Part shown: one piece after another, positions 43,726 through 64,000 of the stretch | How the letters are laid out: the number at the start of each line of letters is the position of its first letter | Position numbering within the stretch: the first letter of the stretch is position 1 | Source of the DNA: the human T2T-CHM13v2.0 reference genome, Homo sapiens | DNA: 64,000 bases | Reading direction: 5' to 3' (one strand) | Assembly (NCBI RefSeq): GCF_009914755.1 | Contig: NC_060933.1 | The notes under the pieces: generated by a model | What the model saw: the letters and a program-made list of their open reading frames with translations, nothing else | Told to the model about the DNA's origin: nothing | Database searches by the model: none | Translations under genes and position numbers: made by a program

Positions 43726-45550
43726 CCCAGCCCACCCTGCCAGGGCCAGGACCCAGACTTCAGCAAATGTGGCTCACACAGTGCCGGGACATGCCGGGAC
43801 ATGCGGGGTGGCTGTTGTCATGGGCGTCTGCCCCTTCACACCAGGCACTGGGGCTCAGACCCACCAGGAAGGTGGCCGTTCAGCCCGAGCTCCTGAAACG
43901 GAATCCCAGGTCCTGGCTGGAGAGGGACACCCCTGATTACCTTAAGGCCCAGGCAATAAAGCAGGGTGATCTTCCTCCCAGCAATTCTTCTTTGCTGCAG
44001 GCTCCTTTGGGAGGGGGTTGTAGCTGGACACAGGGCATCTGCCCCTTTATGTGGACCCGAGAACACACACACACAGTCACTGTGGACACTGCAAGGACAG
44101 GGATGCCACTGCCTCATGACGTCCACACTTTCCCCTGGCCTGCAAGTCCCGGGTCTGCCCAGAGACTGCACGAGGGCTTGCAGCGTGTCCACAGCCCTAG
44201 CTGAGCCAGGTCTGGATTTGAGCTGACCTGCGCTCCCTGGGGCCGAGACTGAGACTGTGAGCTGGGGTCAGTCCATGGGTCGGACAGCAGGAGGATACAG
44301 CGCATGGAACTGGGGGGACCCCAGGAAAGGCCTCCAAGAGAAGGAGCGTGTCGACAAGAGGGTGGTGGGTGCAGCAGGTGCTGCAGGTTTCAGGGAGTGG
44401 AAGGTTGGGACAGGAGAGCCCAGACAGCCAGGACCACGCCCTGCCCACTGGTGATTCACCTCCCAACCTCAGCTGGGATGTTTTTCTAGTTTCCCAGGAA
44501 ATATCTAATTCCTGCACACCTCCTGTCCTGCCTCGGGGCCTGGGCTTCCGGGAGGAGGTGGCCTGGACCAGGCCTTGAGGATGAGGCAGGAGGAGGCTGG
44601 GGCCGTGGGTGCTGGGCCGTCTCCTGGTCTGCTGAGCAGGGTGGGGGCCTCTCTGGGGCTGAGCACCAGGCGCTAGGCTGCTCTGCGCAGGTACTGCCTC
44701 ACCACTGTAAGCCAGGATGCCAGGCAGGGAGTGAGCATTGAGGCCAGCTTGGGGCGCCCTGGTGTTCCGGGCAGGGCAGAGACAAGGCGAGGAGGTGGCA
44801 GCCGAGCTGGCCACGCAGGACAGACGGGTCCTCACGCCATGCCAGCCCTTCCCTGACGCATGGTGACCAGCTCCACAGCAGGGCAGGGCAGGCGCGTGGC
44901 ATGCAGAGGTCTCCAGGCGTGGGACAGATGGGTCACTGCCCTGACCCTGTGCCAGGACTTAGCGTGCCAGGCTCCCCGCCTTGCCCCGTTGCTGGCCCCC
45001 ACCAGAGGGTGACCACACCCAGGCCAGCCACGAGAACTTGTCTGACCAGTCCTGGGGGCAGACTGCCAAGAAGGTGGGCAGGGGTGAGGAGGGGCCATTT
45101 GCTTCCACCCAGCGGGGCTGTGAGTGGTTCTGGGGTCCTGCCCACCTGTCCCAACCCTTCTTGGTCCCTCAACTCTGCTCTGCCTGCAGTCTGGTGTGGA
45201 CACACTGATCATACCTCCCGGAACCTGGGCCTCCCAGGGTGGCCTGGAGGCTGCAGACGGGCAGAGCAGCCAGGAGCTGCCCACCAAGGAGGCGTCTGGC
45301 ACTGTCTGGGGTCCCGAGCTGGGAGCGGGGATCCCCAGACACGGAGCTGGTGCGCCACCTGGAGTCCATGTGGACTGGTGCAGCCCTCTGCCGTCCAGCC
45401 GGCATCAAGGTGAGGCTGAGAAGCCACACAGATCCACAGACAAGCACAGTGGCAAAGTCTGCAGAAGGCTCTGAGCCAGGAGGGAACCCTGGCAGGCTTC
45501 CTAGAGGAGGAGATGTGAGCAGAGACCAAGGCAGGAAAACATTCCAGTAT

Positions 45551-45650
45551 GGAGGGGAGGTTAAGGGAAGGAGAGGGTAAGAGTGAGGGAGCGGAGGGAA
45601 GGGGAGGGGAGGGGGAGGGGGAGGGTGGGGGAGGGGAGAGGTGAGGGAGG
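45551..45650. repeat. G-rich polypurine low-complexity tract
   Basis: GGAGGGAAGGGGAGGGGAGGGGGAGGGGGAGGGTGGGG... Confidence 0.8.
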
Positions 45651-46004
45651 TTTTGAGTGTGGCGAAGGGTGTGAGCGTGCGGAGAAGCCCTAAGAGTGGG
45701 GGAATGGACCCCAAGGCCAGCCTGGATAAGGTGTTAGCAGAAGCTGGCTGGGTCTGGACAGGAGGGGGTGGGCAGGGGGCGGGGGGCACCTTATCTCTTG
45801 CAAGTGGGTGGTGCCGTTAGATCTAGTTTCAAGGCTTTGTGGCTGAAACGGGAGCCCACGCCCGCCACAGCTGGCCACCTGCCTCTCTCCTGACTCCCGT
45901 GCAAGGCCAGTAATGCAACCCAGGAGGGAGCCGCAGGGCGCCCTGGGTCCCCCACTCCCTTCTCCGGCCACCCCGTGGCTGTGCATAGCTGCCCAGCAGA
46001 GCCC

Positions 46005-46755
<751 letters not shown>

Positions 46756-48488
46756 ACTCTGGCCATTCCCACCCCTGCAGGGGAAATGCCTGCCTTGGAA
46801 CCCCTGACCACACACCATCATGGGTTCAGCCCACTCAGAACAACCTGGCAGTAGCATCCTATACGCAGCTTCGTGTGGCCCAGCAGGGTGGTGTCATCCC
46901 AGCCGTGAACATCCCAGGCCACAGCCTAAGGTTGGGGGCTGGGAGGCTCCGCAGGAGGCTGGTGACCTCCCACCTGTCCTGGCCACAATTACCAGACCCC
47001 AGACTAGCCCGACCGGATGTGCCTGGTGAGGACACTGCTGTCTGAGTGGGCGGCAAGCCTGGCTTGGGCCTAGACGCAGCGCAAAGGATGGCTCCCAAGA
47101 GGATGCGAAGGCGTCCCGGGGGCCTGGGCTGCAGGCTGGAGGGGCAGGGCCGGTCTGGCTATGCCTGGCGGGCTGCCCAGAGCAGGTCTCCCCTCTCCCA
47201 CAGACGTCCCCGGGGTGTACCGGGAGGGTGGCAAGACTACCTCCTTCCTCCCTGCCCTGCATGGCAGCCCTGTGAATTCACCCACTCAACAAAGCTCATG
47301 GAGTTCCCACTGTGTGTCGGGTGCGGTTCTGGGAGGGTCTCGTGTAGGCACGAAGCCATACAGGCATTGAAGGGGATGCCTCGGCGGGGCCTGCCTGAGG
47401 CCAACAGAGGGCTGGGGCCTGCTTGAGGTCTCACAGCCCAGTTGGTCTCATCCTTCGCTGAACCTTTCCTGGCTCCGAGCAGCCACCACACAGACCCTTT
47501 TGAGGGGCCGGGGCTGGGGCTGGGGCCAGACTGTGGACAGCAGTTACCACCAAGTCAGTGCTGCAACACCCCCACCCCCACTGGAACGAGCTGTCACTCA
47601 GGAGCCCCAGGGAAGGACTGCTGCCCCCCACCCCCAGAGCAAGGGCGCAGGAGGGAGACGGAAGAGAATTTGCTGAGCGGACACTCAGAAGCTTCTACCT
47701 TCTCCAGGGCAAAGTCCCCATGCACACAGCGGGGGCTGGGCAGCAAGCAAAGCAGGGCACCAGCAGCCCCTGGGCAGGGTGAGCCTCTGGGGGAGCTGCC
47801 CCGCACCCCAGGGCAGGAAGAGGCCCAGTCCTCCTAGGGGACACCCCACAGGCGGTGGGGCCAGCTGGGACTCCGCTGGGGAGAACTGTGCGCTGGGCCA
47901 GGCAGCGGGTGGGGAAGGTGGCCTGGGGAGCTCTGTCCTCCCCTCTGCAGATGGAGGCTGCCGGCCGCCGTCGCTGGCTATACCAGGGCCGAGCCCGCTA
48001 GCAGCCTGCTGGGCCCAACCCTGCCCTGAACCCGGATCTGAACCCTCTGACCTCGGGCTGGGTGCCCTCCCCGGCTACGTGAAAAAGCCCGTCCTCCCCC
48101 ACCACCTGGTGCAAAGGGCTTCCCTCCCCTGCTCTGCCGAGGGCAGGGATGACCCTGAGAAGGTCTGGGGAGCCCTGAGGTGCATGGAAGTGGGGGACTG
48201 GCGTCTCTCGACTCCCGGGCAGCCCCAGCCATACTCTAGCATCCTGCCTGGCTGGGTGGAGTGTGTCTCTTGGGTCACACGGATGCCTGCTGAGGATGCC
48301 CAGTACCGAGGGCCGGTGCCCCGCCCCGCAGTGCCCTCGGCCTGATTCAGAGCCCACCCCTGGGAGGAGCCCCACTCCAGGAGGGTTGGGCTGGGGCTTG
48401 GAGGTCCTAGCCACAGAGTGACAGGATGGAGACAAGGCCTAGGGGCCTTGGGGCCAGGAGGGTACCCCCGTGAGGGCCTGGGCTCCTG

Positions 48489-48607
48489 GGTAAACATTAA
48501 TGGGCTCAGTACCCAGCAGGTCATGTGCGCGATCAGGGGATCTTTGACCTGCAACTGCTCCCGCCCCATGTCTCCTCCCTGCAGGTGCCCCCTCACCACC
48601 CACACAG
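48489..48607 (+). promoter_or_regulatory. Putative SLC34A3 promoter / non-coding exon 1 with HNF1-like and HNF4/DR1-like sites
   Basis: GGTAAACATTAAT 48489-48501; GGATCTTTGACCT 48538-48550; donor CAG|GTAGG at 48607/48608; acceptor at 49332. Confidence 0.55.
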
Positions 48608-49371
48608 GTAGGAGCTCCTAGGACCAGGCTGAGGCCCAGGGACAGTGAGGCCGAGGCTGGGTGGCCTCCAGGCCAAGGGCTTGGGCCCCATCCTGAGTCT
48701 CCAGGACCCAAGGGCAAGAGACGCCAGGCTTGGGCAGCAGGAGGGAGGGTGAGGCACAGGACGCCTGGACCTGAGCCCAGGGCACTAGGTGGAGGGGTCC
48801 AGGTGGGGGGCCCCAGGGGTGGGGTGACCAGGCCCAGGAGGCTAAGGCAGCAGCTTCGGGGCCAGGAGCCTTGAAGTGGTGTGAGGACCCCACCTGCTCC
48901 CCATCACCAGGGCGTGGGGCCCTTATCAAGCCGAGACGTCACTGTTTAGTATCAAATGCCAAAGTCTAAGTCGGGACCATCCACAGTGTCCCCGATGACA
49001 CCAGATAGGGGAGGTCCCCAGGTTCCCCAGCTCATGGCCTGCACCCTCGGCACTAGCCTTCCAGTCAGGACCAGCAAGGGAGCCGGGGAGCTGGAGCCCC
49101 TTCGAGTCTACCCCTGAAACTGGACTGGGCTCGCCTGACAACTGCCTGAGGTCATTGTAGCCATCCCCCTGTGGATGGAGAAAGGGGGATGGTCACTGAG
49201 GCCTGCAGGGCGTAGAGAGGGAGGGTGGCGGCCAAGGGCTCAATTCAGGGGACCCAGGGGTGTGAATCCAGCTTGTGAGGACAGGGCCGGGGCAGGAGGA
49301 AATGTCTCTGACACGCGCGTCCCCCCCAGCAGATCTAGACCTGGGCCTGGGTCTGTCCCTGCCCGAAATCC

Positions 49372-54085
<4,714 letters not shown>

Positions 54086-57009
54086 CGGGCAGTTGCTGCG
54101 CAGACCGCCCCACCCTCCCCGGCTGGGAGGGCTCTGGAGGGCCCTGGAGGGGGGGTCCCCGCGGCAGCTGACCTCCGGTCACCTGCTTCCCCTTCTGTGC
54201 AAATAAACCAGGCTGTTATCTGGGGTGGCGGTCCTCACTCCCCTAGACAGGGGCCGCCTGCGCAGGTGGGGGAAGCAGCCCGATGCTGCCTCCTGGTGGA
54301 CACTCCGGGGCCTGGGGCTCAGGCACAGGAGCCCGCCCACCCCAAGGTGTGTTTCTCACGGCAGCCGCTGGGGACAGAAGCTCCCAAGGAATGGCGGGCC
54401 TGGGGGGGCGGGGACTTCCCACAGTGGGAGCTGGGGCCCCTCCTGGGGGCGCAGGGGAGAGCCCAGCCAGCAGGGAGCAGGGCCGGTGGTGCAGGGTGTG
54501 GGGGATCCCGGAGCTCCTCTGCCCCGGCGGATGTCATGGTTGGGGTGGGGACTGGAGTCCCATCAGGTGCGTGGGGTGTGAGAAGGGACCCTGACGGCTT
54601 GGAGGGCCAGGTGGTCCCAGAGGCACCACCTGTCTGTCTGCCCTCTGTGTCTCTCAGCCGGTCCTGGGCTGGGCCCCTCGGGGACACTTCTCTGCAGGGC
54701 TGGGCCACGGCAGGTGCTCAGCTCCCAGAACCCACCAGGAAGCCAGTCTCACCCGCCAGGCTGGGGCACACTGAGGCCTCCCACTGCCACGGAGAATGAG
54801 ACCCTGTCCCGGGAAGGCCTGTCCGTGGGGTGGGCCCAGGAGGGCGGACAGCACCCATGGGGAGGACTTGGGGGCCAGGGGGCCCTCCCTCTGCTGTGTG
54901 GTCGGGTTTCCACACAGGAAGGCTTGTCTGCCAGCCAATGGGTAACTGGACACCTAGGAAGTTGAGGGGGGGCTCCTGCCACCTCTAGCCCAGAGCTGCC
55001 CACAGCCCTAACCCAACCCCCACTCCCGCCAAGGGAAGAAAGCCTTGGGTTACCCCAGAACTGGAGCATTCATTCAGGCACACAGAGACGGGTGGGTGAG
55101 GGGACGGTCCCATCAGGGACAGGTCTAGTTTGCTCATTTGAGTCTGCTGCTGTGGCCAGTCACGTTCTCCCTTCCAGAACTGCAGCCCTGTTGGGGGGCA
55201 GCTCTCTTCCCAGAGCCTCCCAGGATTGCCTGGTCAGACCCCACTAGGGGATAGAGGTGCAGCCACTCAGGAAGATGAGGCCTGAGGGGGCCCCACGGCC
55301 ACTTCTCCTCTGTGGCTCTGTTCTTTTCTGCCCTCAGTTTCCCTTTGCCCCTGCTCATGACCCCCAGACCCTCTGTGCCCTTGGCCCCCAGTCTTCCCTG
55401 GGTCCTCTGCCCCAGCCACCCCTCAAACTCTTAGGCCTCCTGGGCCTTGGTTTCACCTACCGAGGGAGGTGACCACCTGCTCTGGGAGCCAGGGGTGCCT
55501 CAGGGGTGGGCTCCAGTGAGAATGGGACCCCCAGCAGCTAGAGCTTTGGTTCTCACAGCCCTGTGATTCTAGGACGCCCCTGTGGACCTGACATCAGCCT
55601 CATAGAACCGTCTGGCACCCCTGTAGGGGACAAGCCTGGCTAGCTCCCTGGGGAGCCTGAGGGGCCGGGGAGCTCCCCTGTCCTTTGGGGGGGGATCAGT
55701 GAGGCCCTTGTGGAGAGAGGGAGGAAGCACCCCATGCACCTGTCCTTCCAGGGCAGGTGAGGCCTCCCACAAAGGCTGGGCGTCTGGTCCTTTAAGGCAG
55801 CCAATACTGTCTGCCTGCTGTCCCTGCCTGGCGGTAACACACCCTCCCACTGGGACCATGGCCACCAGTAAACAGAGCCTTCGTTGTGGATCCTCCGACA
55901 GCTGCAGGAGGAGGAGGGCAGGTGCCCAGCACTCCCACAGCCACGCCTGCCCCGCTTCCCTGCCCTTCTGGCCCTCCTTGGACCACATCCTGCCTGGCCA
56001 CAGACCCCAGGCCCAGGAGTTGGTCCTCCTGCCCCACACTATCCCGCCTCTCCATCCTGCAGCAGGGCACCTTGGCTCAGGGTGGGACCTACAGAGCCTT
56101 CCCCAACCAGTTTTGTGCAACAGGGGTGGCTGCTGTCCTTGTTGGGCTCAGGCCCAGGCTTCAGGGTGTCTACTGCTGTCTTGTCCCCAGCCAGTGTCCA
56201 CCTCACCAGGGCAATGCAAGGGCAAAGTAGGCAAGCTGGTGCCATGGCGAGCTCTGGGGCTCTCACCTGGGCAGGTGACACCTGTGAAACGGGTGGCACA
56301 CTGACCTCCCAGCCCTGTGGGCACTGGTCACAGGAAGCAGGGGCCTTTACTGGAGAGGGGTTGGGAGACTCTGACAAGGTGCAGGAATGCCACACACCTC
56401 AAAGAGCAGCCTCAGTTGGGCTCTGCACAGTTCACTGAGGAAAAAAACAGAGCTTCTCCTTCTCCCCTTTGTGACAACTCAATGTTATGAGACTCCAACA
56501 TGTCCCTGACTACTGCCTGGACAGCTGAGCTACTCTGCAGGACCCCAGGATGCCCTGGGCACTAGGAGAAACCTGGGATGGCTGGCAGCAACCTGTGCAC
56601 CCCTCAGGCCGCTGCAGGACCCCAGTCCCTCTGAGGGTCAAGGCCTGTGTCACAGTGGTCACTGGAAGCCAGGCCCGCCTTCCTGGGCTGATCTGTGGGG
56701 GAGGCCACCCTCCTGGACAGGATGGCAAACTGGCAACAGACCCCCGAGGAGTGAGCACAGCTGCAGGCCCTCGCCCCAGAAGGACAATGCTGATCCCCGC
56801 GCATGCTCCGGTGCTGCGTGTCCCGAGTTCTGGTATCGCGCATTATGTGGTGAAGACAGAGGTGCAGTCCCTCCAGGAAGAGAGAAATAAATAAGCAGAT
56901 GTTGTTTCCAACAGCCTCCAATTGGGAGACAGATGCCCAGTGGCCAGAGCACAGGAGACTGTCAGGGCCGACCTGATGGTGTAATTTATTTAAAATGCTA
57001 CAAAAATAC

Positions 57010-57814
<805 letters not shown>

Positions 57815-58639
57815 TTAAACAGGCGCAACCACATGTAATTCATTTTAAGTTTCTTTTCCCACCCAAGTAAAAATCAAGTCATAAATTAGGAAAAGCATTA
57901 ACAGAAGTATGTTTCAGCCCCAGCGCGCTGACCTGTGGTTGGAATACCGGCCCTGGAGCCCGGAGGTCGGGGCCCACCCGCCGAGGGAGGTCTGGGCGCT
58001 GTCCTGGTCTCCACGGAGCTCGCGCACTCACGGGGCCGAGGCACCAAGGCGACCGGCGCAGAGCCAGCGCCGTCTCCACAACAGGGCAGGGCGCGCAGCT
58101 GCGGGGGAGGCCTCGCCCCTCCGCTCCCCTCCCCTGCCCTCCGCCCCGGCCCTCGGGGCGCGGCGTCCCCCACGTGCTCCCCTCACGCGACCGCGAGGGC
58201 AGTGGGCGTGCGGCACCCGGGAGCAGGAAACTCCGTGGCCTCTGCGGCTCTGTGGAGAGCTCCCCTCCACCGCCGCAGCCCCCGAGCCCGTGTATCTTCC
58301 TGCCTTTAAGGCATCGCAGCCTCCTCGGCCTGGAGGCCCCGGGCTCGCTCCGTGCGGACCCCGCTCCAGAACCCGCCCAGCGCGCAGATGCCGTGTCCCG
58401 GCGCAAGGCCAGAGAGGGCGCAACTCTGGACGTGGGGCCGCCACCGAGCCTGCCCTTCCCGGCTCCCGAAAGGCCCCGGGCTCAGAGCCAAGACTGCGCT
58501 TGCCCGAGGCCCGTCGGGCCCGCCCTCCCTCGGCGCCCCCAGCGCAGCTGCCCGCCGCCCGACCGGAAGCCCGCACTCGCGCCTGCGCCCCACCCCGTCC
58601 GCGCGCCGGCCGCGGCACTGCGGCGGTTACCAGGACGCT

Positions 58640-58940
58640 GAAGCAGCGCAGCCAATAGCGCCAGCCTGGCGGCGTGCTCCCGGCAGCCAGCCAATGAGAC
58701 GGCAAATCAATCATTTGAAACACCCAATGGACGGAGCACTGCGGCGCCAGGAGGGGGATTGTGATAGGGAGATAGGAGGCTGCGGCTGACCAATAAAGAC
58801 CAAACTGGCTTAAAAAGGCGGACCTTAGGCAGCTTGATTGACGGGGGCAAGGCCAATCAAACGAGGGAGCTTGCCAGCCTCGTTCTGGCAGCCCATTCCG
58901 AGACTAGCGGAGGCGGGCAGGGAGGGTATATAAGCGTTGG
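58640..58940 (+). promoter_or_regulatory. TUBB4B promoter: five CCAAT boxes, CHR-like TTTGAA, GC box, TATA
   Basis: CCAAT at 58652, 58691, 58724, 58790, 58853; TTTGAA 58714-58719; TATATAA 58927-58933. Confidence 0.8.
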
Positions 58941-59029
58941 CGGAGCGTCGGTTGTAGCACTCTGCGCGCCCGCTCTTCTGCTGCTGTTTGTCTACTTCCT
59001 CCTGCTTCCCCGCCGCCGCCGCCGCCATC

Positions 59030-61225
<2,196 letters not shown>

Positions 61226-61368
61226 AGCCTTCAGTCACTGGGGAAAGCAGGGAAGCAGTGTGAACTCTTTATTCACTCCCAGCCTGTCCTGTGGCCTGTC
61301 CCACTGTGTGCACTTGCTGTTTTCCCTGTCCACATCCATGCTGTACAGACACCACCATTAAAGCATTT

Positions 61369-63605
<2,237 letters not shown>

Positions 63606-64000
63606 TCAGCCTGCTGGCCACTTAGCAGCAGGTTGGCCTGTGGCAGCTCGCCTGCCCTCTGCTCACCTGTAAATGGGGCTGCAGTGGCACTTGCCTTCTA
63701 GAGCTCTCTCAGCCTGAACAGGCGGCACACACCACATGCTGGGAACACGTCAGCACCACAGCAGATGGCCGCCTGCCTTGTACCAGCCCCTCCAACCCTC
63801 TCCCACCCCTCATTCCAACTGCCAGCAAATCAGGGGTGCTCTGCCCTGGCAAAGCAAGTACAGGCACAAGACGTGTGGGCCAGGACATAGGCGAGGGACG
63901 GACCCTTGGACACACGCAGGGCCCACCAGGAGGGTGTTGCGTGGGCTTGGCCTGCACCTGTGCCACCCCAGGAGGCCAGTAGCCTCCTGCACGGGAAGAG

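Noticed and set aside
54300-56990. ORFs between SLC34A3 and TUBB4B
   Set aside because: No recognisable domains or consistent splice structure.

Overview
Human (primate) genomic DNA: GC-rich, Alu-containing and gene-dense. The gene order is that of chromosome 9q34.3: ANAPC2 (-, exons 1-6; its 3' part lies left of the window), SSNA1 (+), TPRN (-), TMEM203 (-), NDOR1 (+), an unnamed RING-HC/transmembrane ORF inside the long NDOR1 3' UTR (+), RNF208 (-), CYSRT1 (+), RNF224 (+), SLC34A3 (+), TUBB4B (+) and FAM166A/CIMIP2A (-, exon 1 lies right of the window). I rebuilt exon structures by hand from GT-AG sites and reading-frame continuity. Main points of interest: (1) a symbol-less 201-aa tail-anchored RING-HC E3-ligase-like ORF at 35666-36271. 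Its frame stays open 147 codons further upstream, next to an out-of-frame strong-Kozak ATG. (2) With RNF208 and RNF224 it forms an 11-kb cluster of three RING proteins with near-identical ligand spacing, each with a different candidate membrane anchor. (3) A VNTR in ANAPC2 intron 4 whose allele length could make intron retention in-frame and stop-free. (4) Duplicated exon/splice-site copies in two SLC34A3 introns. (5) A 3'-end sense-antisense overlap between TUBB4B and CIMIP2A. No rRNA, tRNA or CRISPR array was seen.
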